Shown one piece after another: positions 52,950 to 61,375 of a stretch of DNA of 64,000 nt (positions are counted from its first letter, which is position 1; each line of letters opens with the position of its first letter). Location of the stretch: the NCBI GenBank assembly GCA_903854335.1, contig CAINVY010000010.1:69060-133059 (forward strand). The letters run 5' to 3'. The position numbers and the translations under genes are program-made. This DNA comes from an uncultured Candidatus Peregrinibacteria bacterium. Its GTDB lineage: Bacteria > Patescibacteriota > Gracilibacteria > Peribacterales > Peribacteraceae. Under the pieces are notes generated by a model. It saw only the letters and a list, made by a program, of their open reading frames with translations. It did not search any database and was not told the DNA's origin.

Positions 52950-54908
52950 TTACGTCGTGCCTCCCTTGTCCTTACGAATCCTCTGAAATTCCGTGCGGAC
53001 ATACTGCGCAAGCCCGTTGGGAGGCAGGATGTAATAGAGACGTCGAAGGATGCGTCCTTGGGCCGGATTACCGTCGAGCGCGCGACTCTCCGCAAGCAGC
53101 TGATCGTAGCGTGAACGCGGCATCTTGAAGAGGAAAATGCGGCTCTTGATAGCCTGCGCATAGGCATCCACCTCGGCATCCGTGAGTGGAACCGCCGCCG
53201 CACCGACAGGCGACGGAAGGTAACGCTCCAGACCGCTTGAGGCAAGAACGGTACCGGTCCCGCCGGACTGATCGCTCTTCTCGATGGCACGCGCCAGCAC
53301 AGTGAGGGACGCACGCGCTTCCTTGCGAATCTGCGACGTGAGGCCCGACGTGGAACTCTCGAGAAGTGCGATGGAGGTGGAAAGACCCTTGAAAGCGGCA
53401 ATCGAATCCGATGCGTGCCCCTCCTGCGCTTGAAGCGTGAGAGAGGAGAGTGTGTCCACCAGCATGGTCCCCGCCACGTCCTCCGGCTTCAGCTGACTGC
53501 CGGGAAGGGATGCCCCCGCCTCGAGGACTGTCCTCTTGAGAATGTAGGATGCGTCATCGGGAAGTGCGGCGGAGACGTCGGCGACATCAGATGTGATTTG
53601 TTGATTGAGAAGATCCTGCTGCGATCCTGACCCCGTGGTTTGCGCGACAGCAAGGAGGGTGTTTTTGTATTCCTGGAGCGCATTTTCTGCCACCTGCGTT
53701 CCGGTCCCACTGGTGAGGAGAGCGGCAGCTTCATTGAGACGCGAATCCGCTTGGTCGAGGAGCTTCTGCGTCCGGGCATCACTGCCAAAGGTCAGCATCA
53801 TGTCCATCGCCTCCGCCACGCGCTTCACAGGATAGAGCGGCGACGTGGGAAGAATCCCCGCGTTGTTCGCGAGACGCTCCTGCTGCAAAAACGCAACCTC
53901 GCGCCGATGAACCGCATCGCGTTTTAAATTATCAAACACCCACGGACTCTGTTGCGTGAGGATAGTGATCGCTCCCTGCGTCGGTGTTAGGCCGCTACGC
54001 ACGGTTAAACCATCCCCCGATACGAGCGCAATCTCACTCTTCCCCTGCGAGACATCCGCCATGCGATCCCAAACTTCGACAGCGACACGATCATTCTTCT
54101 GCTCAAGAGAAACGCTCGCCTCATGGACAGCGATGGCGGATCCGTCCGCATCGATCACCCATCCCTGTGCCGTGTCCGGCATCAGCCCCTGAATCCAAAG
54201 AATGCCGTTTTCGAAGGAGAATTCGGCGGGAAGCGACCTGGATTTGCCCTGTGCAATTTCCGGGAAATCCGGAACGGCCACCGTCGTATTAGCACCAAAA
54301 CGCAGGACGCCGTCGTCCCGAACGATGAGTGTAGCCAAGCTCGCGGCCCCTGTGCGAATGCGCGCGGCCCCCTTGAGCGTCATCTCTCCCGTCACCGGTT
54401 GCCAGAGACCATCACGCAACACCGAAACATCGCCTTGCTCCGGAACAAGAACCACGGAAGACGCGGCGCGGGTGTGCGAGGGAAGGACGAGCATCGGACT
54501 CGCTCGCATCACCAGGAGAAACACACCGAACGCCACCACATACCCGCCGATCCGCATGAAGGAAGACGCGGAGACCGGCTCTAGACGACGCATCAACTTT
54601 CGCTTGATAAAAAGCCGCAATTCTTCGGGGGCAGCGGCAAGACTGCGCAGACGTTCCCAGAGACGCACGTCGTGGAGAGGAGCGATGCGAGAGAGAATAT
54701 GTTTCCAGAGGAAAGGAGCGCGGGCTTTCGCAGCGGAAAGTTCCTTGCGAGCATTGAGCAGAGACTCTGGCACGGAGATCTGCCGAAGCATGCGTTTCTT
54801 GATGACCTCCTTCTGCCCCGCAGCGGGCATGACACCTCGTGCTGCGCCGGTGAGGGCACGGTTCAGTCGGTCTTCTTTGGCCGATTCACGAGAAGGGAAT
54901 AAAGGCAT
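52950..54908 (-). CDS. putative anti-sigma factor: cytoplasmic N-terminus, one TM, FecR-like domain and long helical extracytoplasmic region
   Basis: Lies 33 nt downstream of the ECF sigma gene. TM IGGYVVAFGVFLLVM. A beta-rich segment, VLVPEQGDVSVLRDGLWQPV...IVRDDGVLRFGANTTV, is followed by about 350 aa of helical Ala/Leu/Ser-rich sequence. Confidence 0.5.
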   Translation of the reverse strand: MPLFPSRESAKEDRLNRALTGAARGVMPAAGQKEVIKKRMLRQISVPESLLNARKELSAAKARAPFLWKHILSRIAPLHDVRLWERLRSLAAAPEELRLFIKRKLMRRLEPVSASSFMRIGGYVVAFGVFLLVMRASPMLVLPSHTRAASSVVLVPEQGDVSVLRDGLWQPVTGEMTLKGAARIRTGAASLATLIVRDDGVLRFGANTTVAVPDFPEIAQGKSRSLPAEFSFENGILWIQGLMPDTAQGWVIDADGSAIAVHEASVSLEQKNDRVAVEVWDRMADVSQGKSEIALVSGDGLTVRSGLTPTQGAITILTQQSPWVFDNLKRDAVHRREVAFLQQERLANNAGILPTSPLYPVKRVAEAMDMMLTFGSDARTQKLLDQADSRLNEAAALLTSGTGTQVAENALQEYKNTLLAVAQTTGSGSQQDLLNQQITSDVADVSAALPDDASYILKRTVLEAGASLPGSQLKPEDVAGTMLVDTLSSLTLQAQEGHASDSIAAFKGLSTSIALLESSTSGLTSQIRKEARASLTVLARAIEKSDQSGGTGTVLASSGLERYLPSPVGAAAVPLTDAEVDAYAQAIKSRIFLFKMPRSRYDQLLAESRALDGNPAQGRILRRLYYILPPNGLAQYVRTEFQRIRKDKGGTT

Positions 54909-54941
54909 CTCAATGAGAAAAACGAGGGAAGGGCCGATCCG

Positions 54942-55598
54942 TTACGGAGATTCGTGAAACTCGGGGGGGAGGAGGGTCGAAAGCTTGCGTAGGGCCCTAA
55001 ACTTCAGAATTCTGACTCCTCCCTCCGTTTTGTGCATCACACGGGCCACTTCCGCATGCGAAAGCTCGGCGATGTATGAGAGAAGGAGCACTTCGCGGTA
55101 GCGGCGCGGGAGCCGATCGAGCGCCGAGCGAACGGCCTTCAGGAGATCGGAGCTTCGCACATGCGAGTCGGCATGATTGAGCGTGTCGGGGTCAGGCAGC
55201 TCCTCGGAAACTTCCTCGAACGATCGCTGCGTGCGATAGGCATCGATGACCGTGTGACGTGCGATGCGAAACAACCATGCCCCAAACGGCACGCCCTTGC
55301 GCACCTTGTACAGATGAAGCTTCTCCCACGCCTTCACGAAAATATCCGATACGAGATCTTCCACAAGCTCCCTGGGAGCGCGAAAAGATGCGTACCGATA
55401 GATCGGCATGAAGAAGTGATCGTAGACGATGCCGAACGCCTCCGTATCCCCTTCCTGCGCGCGACGAATGAGCGTCTGCAACTGCTCCTCGCTCGTGACG
55501 AGCGGGAGAGCATCGGATGCGACGGATGTTTCCTTCACCTCCTCCGTCTCATCCTCGGCGCCGAAGAGAGGAATACTGATCGATCCCACGGGAAGCAC
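54942..55598 (-). CDS. ECF-type RNA polymerase sigma-70 family factor
   Basis: Region 2 FGIVYDHFFMPIYRYA...DLVSDIFVKAWEKL and FGAWLFRIARHTVIDAYR. Region 4 LPRRYREVLLLSYIAELSHAEVARVMHKTEGGVRILKFRALRKL. GTG start. Confidence 0.85.
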   Translation of the reverse strand: MLPVGSISIPLFGAEDETEEVKETSVASDALPLVTSEEQLQTLIRRAQEGDTEAFGIVYDHFFMPIYRYASFRAPRELVEDLVSDIFVKAWEKLHLYKVRKGVPFGAWLFRIARHTVIDAYRTQRSFEEVSEELPDPDTLNHADSHVRSSDLLKAVRSALDRLPRRYREVLLLSYIAELSHAEVARVMHKTEGGVRILKFRALRKLSTLLPPEFHESP

Positions 55599-55658
55599 AG
55601 CGTAGCCCTATTTCCCCCCATATGCAGCAATATTTCTCTGCCTATTTGCCACAGGAAA

Positions 55659-56273
55659 CTATATTTTGCCGAGTTCCCTGATATCCGATCCTTGGGAAAG
55701 CTGTTGAACTCTCTCCTTAACCTGTTGGATCCCTTGATAGTGCTCAGATGATGCAATGGGAAAGAACTGTTGTGCGCATGAGAGCACAGCATTGAGACGA
55801 GCGGCAACACTCATGTTCCTATCTCCATTCACTCGAAGATGAATCTGATACGCCTGCCCCATGCCCATCGATTGACGAACAATTTCATCCCCCAAGAGCT
55901 TGTGTTGTGGCTCTGCAATATTCAAACGCCTCGCAGTAATCAAAGCGACAACAGCCTCTCGCAAGAGACCCGCAGATTTGCGAATATCTTTACTGTGCAT
56001 ATCCTCAAACAACGTTGCGATTTTTTGATCCATATCTTCCGTCAGCGGCCCAATCCCTTTATCTCGTAACGAGAGCGCAGCAAAAAATTGTCGGCGAATG
56101 CCGGCAAGGGGACCTGAAATATCCGGTTCTTCCTTCTTTTCCTGTGCTAATCCACGACCCTCCTCCGCCCCTTCTGGCTCAGGACATGCCTCAGCGAATG
56201 CTCTCTCGACTGCGCCAAGCGCCATATGCATCTTCTTGACAAGAGCTTGTTCCGATGTTGTTGGAGTATTCAT
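55659..56273 (-). CDS. hypothetical protein (A+T-richer gene)
   Basis: 204-aa ORF with an ATG start. No family recognised. Composition is visibly A+T-richer than its neighbours. Confidence 0.4.
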   Translation of the reverse strand: MNTPTTSEQALVKKMHMALGAVERAFAEACPEPEGAEEGRGLAQEKKEEPDISGPLAGIRRQFFAALSLRDKGIGPLTEDMDQKIATLFEDMHSKDIRKSAGLLREAVVALITARRLNIAEPQHKLLGDEIVRQSMGMGQAYQIHLRVNGDRNMSVAARLNAVLSCAQQFFPIASSEHYQGIQQVKERVQQLSQGSDIRELGKI

Positions 56274-56485
56274 AGATTGAGAATCTACATAGAAGAACTA
56301 CTCGAGTCAAGTATTGCATGCATCACTTCCCAAGTGTCATACCCCCTTTTTGCATATACCAATTTCCACTCCCTTCCATCCCCATATGCAGCAAAATTTC
56401 GAGGAATATTCAAGTAATCGCCGCTGGTTTCGCTCAATAAAACAAACAATGAACAGCATACGGGTGGGATCCGCGCGCGGCGGAA

Positions 56486-56628
56486 CAACGTGTCATGGTG
56501 AGGAGCTCCGCGCACGGAGCGTCACGAACCATCACGTTGCGACTTGTGTGTCGCCCTTCGCCACGGCGTTCGAGAGCGCCGTGGCTTCGTGACGATTTCG
56601 CTTTGCGAAATCCCTCAGGGTGACACAC
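56486..56628 (+). repeat. structured repeat element, short copy
   Basis: Same element as 49957-50165. The helices are caacgtg.catggt / accat.cacgttg; gctccg-cgca-cggagc; outer gtgtgtcgccct / agggtgacacac enclosing gccacggcg...cgccgtggc; and gatttcgc-ttt-gcgaaatc. Confidence 0.85.
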
Positions 56629-56652
56629 TTAGTTACCTTCCTCGCCAATCCC

Positions 56653-58443
56653 TTACTCCCACTCAATCGTTCCCGGCGGCTTGCTCGTGAGATCGAGAAA
56701 AACCATATCAATACCTGGCAGCGCAAGGAGTCGCTCAGTGACGCGCCGTAGAACAAGCGGCGGCAGAGGCGCTGCGTTCGCGGTCATCGCTTCCTGCGAC
56801 TCCACGGGCCGAAGCACGATGGACTGTCCCCCTTCCTTCGTCCCGAACGGAAGCAGCACGACGGGGAACTGCCAGATGACGGCGTAGAGTTCCGCGCTCC
56901 TCAGTTCCTCGTCCACGATAGCGTCCGCCTCGCGCAGAAGATCGGCTCGTTCGCGCGTGAGGTATCCCGGCGTGAAGACGAGAGATGGCGGAGAAGCGTG
57001 TGACGAACAGAAGAGGACACGATTGAAAGCGCGAACCGCGTTGGGGATCGTCGTGGCCGAGGCGCGAAACGCGTCGGGGACTTCGGATGTCTTCTCGGCG
57101 AAGAGCGCAACCGCATGACGGTACGTCCTGCCATCTCCCTGCACGCCGACGGACTGCACGGGGAGCACGAGGTGAGGGAGGTCGAGCGTATCGATTTCTT
57201 TCGGGAGGCTCGGAGCCAGAGCACAGAGAATGCGCACGCCGAGGCCGGGCCCCGGGAAGGGATGCCGCCAGACAAAATCACTGGGTAACCCCAACTCCTC
57301 GCCGAGCGCTCTCACCTCATCCTTGTAGAGATCCTTGAGCGGTTCGATCACCAGCCCCTTCTCGATCATCGCCTGTATGGCAGCGACGCGGTTATGGTGT
57401 GTCTTGATGTGATCGGCGTGCTTCGTCCCCTTCGTCTCAATCGTGTCAGGATAAATCGTGCCCTGTCCCAGCATCCATCCATCCTCCACCCGCAGTTCCA
57501 TCCGCTCGCTCACGCGCTTCTGCACGTCGAGGAATGTCTGTCCGATGACTTTGCGTTTCTCCTCAGGATCGTAGATGCCCTCCAAATTTCTAAAAAATTC
57601 CTCCGACGCATCCTCGATGTGAAGATTGGAAATGCCCAAATGATCGAAGGCAACTCCAATATTTTTCACCTCGTCCTTGCGCATGAGACCGGTATCGACG
57701 AGCAATCCCTGCACGCGATCGACGCCGAGGACGGTGTTGAGAAGTGTGAACGCGACGGAGGAATCCACCCCGCCGGAGACGAGCATAAATACTTTCCTGT
57801 CCCCCACCTCCGTCTTGATCTGCTCACCGATCCTCTTTGAGAATCCTTCCATCGACCACGGAGCGGGCTTGCAGAGGCGCACGAAATTCCCGAGCATCGT
57901 CATGCCTTCGCTCGTGTGCGTCACCTCCAGATGGAACTGCACGCCGAAGATTTTTCTCAGGGGATCTTCCATCGCCGCGACGAAGCACGTTTCGGTTTTT
58001 CCGATGTGACGGAATCCCGGCGGCAGAACCGTCACCTCATCGCCGTGAGACATCCACACGCCGGAACTTTTGGACGTGGATTGGAAGAGAACGGAATCGG
58101 GTTCGAGAACATGGAAGACTGCGCTCCCGTACTCCTTCACCTTGCCCGGCTTCACGGTGCCACGAAGCGCATGCGCCAGCCACTGGTGACCGTAACAAAT
58201 GCCGAGAATCGGAACGCCGAGACCAAAGATCGCGCGGTCGGGCTGCGGACTTCCCTCCTCGTACACGCTCTGAGGACCACCGGAGAGAATGATGCCCGCC
58301 GCGCCCTTCAGCTCCTGCGCCTTCGTCTCCGCGATGCGAATTTCGGAAAACGCGCCAAGTCTTCGCACGCGATTGCCAATCAGGTGAGCGTACTGCCCGC
58401 CGCAATCGAGAACCACGATGGAGCCGGGACGAACGGAACTCAT
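56653..58443 (-). CDS. guaA: GMP synthase (glutamine-hydrolysing)
   Basis: ATG 58443 (MSSVRPGSIVVLDCGGQY). GATase ILGICYGHQWLA. ATP-PPase VSGGVDSSV. C-terminal KPPGTIEWE. The upstream 81 codons of the track ORF read through repeat sequence and were rejected. Confidence 0.95.
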   Translation of the reverse strand: MSSVRPGSIVVLDCGGQYAHLIGNRVRRLGAFSEIRIAETKAQELKGAAGIILSGGPQSVYEEGSPQPDRAIFGLGVPILGICYGHQWLAHALRGTVKPGKVKEYGSAVFHVLEPDSVLFQSTSKSSGVWMSHGDEVTVLPPGFRHIGKTETCFVAAMEDPLRKIFGVQFHLEVTHTSEGMTMLGNFVRLCKPAPWSMEGFSKRIGEQIKTEVGDRKVFMLVSGGVDSSVAFTLLNTVLGVDRVQGLLVDTGLMRKDEVKNIGVAFDHLGISNLHIEDASEEFFRNLEGIYDPEEKRKVIGQTFLDVQKRVSERMELRVEDGWMLGQGTIYPDTIETKGTKHADHIKTHHNRVAAIQAMIEKGLVIEPLKDLYKDEVRALGEELGLPSDFVWRHPFPGPGLGVRILCALAPSLPKEIDTLDLPHLVLPVQSVGVQGDGRTYRHAVALFAEKTSEVPDAFRASATTIPNAVRAFNRVLFCSSHASPPSLVFTPGYLTRERADLLREADAIVDEELRSAELYAVIWQFPVVLLPFGTKEGGQSIVLRPVESQEAMTANAAPLPPLVLRRVTERLLALPGIDMVFLDLTSKPPGTIEWE

Positions 58444-58475
58444 GGAAGCAGTGTAGCAGGCGGCGAAGGAAGAAA

Positions 58476-59975
58476 TCACCGCGCTTCCGCGTTCTTGTGG
58501 CACCCAAATACGGGCAATGCGGCGGCAACGAGTATCCATCCCGCGTAGGCCACGGCCGCATCCTCCCAGGCATGCAGGAAAAGCGCGGCAATGGAGATGC
58601 CGAGGAAGGAGAGGAAGACAGCGAAGATAAATGGATAATGGATAATGGATAATGGATAATTTCTCGACCCATTGTCCATTGTCCATTGTTCATTGTTCAT
58701 TCCCAGCCGCCGTAGAACCATCACCACCAACACCACGAATAGAACCATTCCCACGACTCCGAGTTCCACGCCGATCTGGAGGTACCAATTTTCCGGGAGG
58801 AAGGGGCAGCTGCAAACGTGATCCGTCGGCTGTACCTGCTTGGGGCCAACGAACACGCAGAGCGACGGCTGGCTCTTCGCCCAAGAGGGATCGTCCTGTG
58901 GTCGCAGGAAGACGCATGGCTCATTGAAGCGATTGCTGGCCGGTCCCGCCGTCCCCAGTCCCATCCCAAGCGGATGATGTGCCATGAGCGCTATGGCTTC
59001 GATCGGTCGCTCCAGGTGCCCGCGCGTCGAGGAAAGGCGGAAGACAACTTGTGGGAAAATCACCGCTGCAATCACGAAGACACCAACCACAGAGAGCCCC
59101 CCCCAAACAAAGAACCGCTTGAATTTCTTCGCCGAAAACCTCCGAGAGAACGCCACCGCAGTCATCACGGCGGCAGCCAACCACGCCGCGCGCGAGAAGG
59201 TGAGGAGGAGAGCGAGGAAAAGAAGAAGACAAAGAAGACAGGGAATACAACCCGCCCGAACGATCCGACGGTTCGGATCGGGCGGGCGAAGATAGCGAGA
59301 GCAAGAATCACCCTTTTCATCTCCCCGCTTCACGACAAACGAAGAGAGAAGCATGCCCAGAGGAATCAGCAACCAAATTCCGAGTTGATTCGGTCCGCTC
59401 ATCGTCCCCTGCACACGACGAATCATCGACTCGCCGATCTGCTGATACGGCGCGAGAGGGCCGTTCGGGACATAGAGCGAATGGAGCGACGAGTATCCAA
59501 GTGCGCGGAAGACCGAGAGCGGGAGAAAGAAGCTGACGAGCGCGATGAGCGCGATCACACCCGCAACGATCGGCACGCCCTTCATCAACCGCGCGCCGAA
59601 GGCGTCAGACCAAGACGCGCGCCGCAGCAAAAGGAACGCAACCAGCGGCAGGAAATCGTACCGGAATCCGAGGAGGAAGGGGCCGCGAGCTTCGTGCAGC
59701 ACGAAGCCAAGAACGACCGCCAGTAGAATCAGAATGCCAACAAGGATATCGAGAAGATCGACGGCGAATTTCTTCGAAGCACCGAGGATTTCCAAGATCG
59801 AGAGACCGAGAATCACGGCAAGGAGCACGTCCTTCCAGAGCGCGAGAATCACCGAGGGAGGAAGGTCCTGTCCGAAGAGTACTTTCGTTCCGAACGTCAC
59901 AAACAATGCGTGGAACGGCAGAAGAAGAATAAGCAGAGTCGTGAGCCATTCGCGGAGACGTTGGAGTGTAGACAT
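58476..59975 (-). CDS. O-antigen ligase/polymerase-like polytopic membrane protein (Wzy_C-type)
   Basis: More than 10 TM helices. LLLTFSRAAWLAAAVM is typical of the O-antigen ligase domain. Carries the in-frame heptamer-array insertion near its C-terminus. Confidence 0.7.
   Translation of the reverse strand: MSTLQRLREWLTTLLILLLPFHALFVTFGTKVLFGQDLPPSVILALWKDVLLAVILGLSILEILGASKKFAVDLLDILVGILILLAVVLGFVLHEARGPFLLGFRYDFLPLVAFLLLRRASWSDAFGARLMKGVPIVAGVIALIALVSFFLPLSVFRALGYSSLHSLYVPNGPLAPYQQIGESMIRRVQGTMSGPNQLGIWLLIPLGMLLSSFVVKRGDEKGDSCSRYLRPPDPNRRIVRAGCIPCLLCLLLFLALLLTFSRAAWLAAAVMTAVAFSRRFSAKKFKRFFVWGGLSVVGVFVIAAVIFPQVVFRLSSTRGHLERPIEAIALMAHHPLGMGLGTAGPASNRFNEPCVFLRPQDDPSWAKSQPSLCVFVGPKQVQPTDHVCSCPFLPENWYLQIGVELGVVGMVLFVVLVVMVLRRLGMNNEQWTMDNGSRNYPLSIIHYPFIFAVFLSFLGISIAALFLHAWEDAAVAYAGWILVAAALPVFGCHKNAEAR
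58631..58700. repeat. inverted pair of heptanucleotide tandem arrays inside a CDS
   Basis: (atggata)x4+at at 58631-58660, then the 8-nt spacer ttctcgac, then ccattgt x3 + tcattgt + tcat at 58669-58700. The arms are complementary if G-T pairs are allowed. In frame they encode GMNNEQWTMDNGSRNYPLSIIHYPFI. Confidence 0.9.
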
Positions 59976-59977
59976 AT

Positions 59978-61309
59978 TCAGAGGTGGAGGCGCTCTTCAT
60001 CGGCGCGGAAGATTTCTCCTTTCTTCAGAATGTTCTCGACGACATCGATCGATTTCTCACTCACCCCCTTCCCGTAGATTTTCGGCGCCTGGCGCATCTC
60101 ATCGTTGTTCCAAGCGTAGAGAATCGTCTGTTTCACGAGATCCGACGCTATGGGAGGCGCGATAATATTGCCGCCGTTCATGATCGACTCGCTTCGATCC
60201 GATCCGAAGCGAAGCGTCACACATGGAACGCCGAGCACATTCATCTCCTCCTGCATCGAACCCGAATCAGTCGCGCATACCGCGGCTTTCTGCATCGCCG
60301 CAATGACATCGCCGTACTTGGGCCACACTGGCGAGTAGAAGAAATTCTCATGCGACTTTGCGAGCGCTTCGATCTCTTCCTTCAGTCCCAGCCTCTTGAG
60401 CGCATCCTCCGTCTGGAAGAGGGAGATGAGGAGCACGCCTCGCCCCTCGAGAATCAATGCCTTCATCGCGCCGTAGAGCGCGAGGAAACGGCGGTCGGAA
60501 CCGCAGTTCTCCCTGCGATGAATGCAGAAACGTACGAAATCTCCATCCTTCAGCATCGGATACTGATCGAAGATCTTCGAATCCGCGGAGCGTTCCACCG
60601 CTTCCAGCGTCGCATCGACGACCGAATTCCCCACGACGGCGATGCGATCGGCGGAATATCCTTCCGCGCGAAGGAACTCTCGATCAAGTTCGACGGGCGC
60701 GAGATGCAATCCCGTCGCCGCTTCGCTACAGCGCGTGTTGAATTGCTCGGGATACGGCTCAAGACTTCCCCCCTCCCAGTTCTTGCGATCTTTCAGAAAC
60801 TCTCTCCATTCAGACACATCTTTCATTGTCCATTTTCCATTATCCATTTTCCATTCGCCATATGCGGGCGTCAGCGTCCTGATTCCCGCCTCCACATGCA
60901 CCGACGCGAATCCGTGAAAGAATCCGGCGTTGCTCGCGGCCATGGCGGTCGTCGTGTCTCCATGCACGTAGGGAATGACGATCTTCCCGCGTTGCTTCAT
61001 CTCCGCAAACACAAACCCGAGCCGTCCGATAATCTGGCTCACGACTTCATAGGGGGCGCCGCGGACATTCAAATTGAAATCCGGTTCCACACCGAACTCC
61101 TTCAGCATCCCGCCGCTCAGGTTTTCGCTGTAGTGCTGTCCCGTGTGCCCAAGGAGCACGAGGTGCTTGCGTTTCTTCAGCTCGCGATACATCGGAATCT
61201 GTTTGATGATATCCGGCTTCGTCGCGATGAGAATCACATGGACGTGCCGCTCCTCGCGCGCTTGCAGCTCATCGAAAAACTTCGGTGTGCGATACGTAAT
61301 CTCCTGCAT
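59978..61309 (-). CDS. wecB: UDP-N-acetylglucosamine 2-epimerase (WecB/MnaA family) with an insertion after the HVEAG(I/L)RT motif
   Basis: VILIATKPDIIKQIPMY, VHGDTTTAMAASNAGF, HVEAGIRT ...about 35 extra aa... EPYPEQFNTRC, DSGSMQEEMNVLGVPCVTLR. Confidence 0.85.
   Translation of the reverse strand: MQEITYRTPKFFDELQAREERHVHVILIATKPDIIKQIPMYRELKKRKHLVLLGHTGQHYSENLSGGMLKEFGVEPDFNLNVRGAPYEVVSQIIGRLGFVFAEMKQRGKIVIPYVHGDTTTAMAASNAGFFHGFASVHVEAGIRTLTPAYGEWKMDNGKWTMKDVSEWREFLKDRKNWEGGSLEPYPEQFNTRCSEAATGLHLAPVELDREFLRAEGYSADRIAVVGNSVVDATLEAVERSADSKIFDQYPMLKDGDFVRFCIHRRENCGSDRRFLALYGAMKALILEGRGVLLISLFQTEDALKRLGLKEEIEALAKSHENFFYSPVWPKYGDVIAAMQKAAVCATDSGSMQEEMNVLGVPCVTLRFGSDRSESIMNGGNIIAPPIASDLVKQTILYAWNNDEMRQAPKIYGKGVSEKSIDVVENILKKGEIFRADEERLHL
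60824..60858. repeat. heptanucleotide tandem array inside wecB
   Basis: cattgtc cattttc cattatc cattttc cattcgc (5 units). It encodes GEWKMDNGKWTMK within the wecB insertion and has the same CCATTNT-type unit as 58669-58700. Confidence 0.85.
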
Positions 61310-61375
61310 CGGCTCCAGAATAGCGTCGGACGTACGCGAAAGGAAATTGGTTACGATTGTTTCCTCCGACTCCCC

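Noticed and set aside
58444-58686. N-terminal extension of the guaA track ORF (MDNGQWVEKLSIIHYPLSI...). Analogous extensions occur on nth (49225-49716) and the first terminase-like gene (21588-21755).
   Set aside because: The extensions read through repeat sequence or neighbouring genes and are absent from the conserved N-termini. Internal ATGs at 58443, 49224 and 21756 give family-typical starts.
58631-58700. Possible CRISPR array (also considered for the repeat mosaics at 12.0, 30.5, 50.0 and 56.5 kb)
   Set aside because: The units are 7 nt long, or are single hairpins, without regularly spaced 25-40-nt repeats separated by unique spacers. No cas genes occur in the window.
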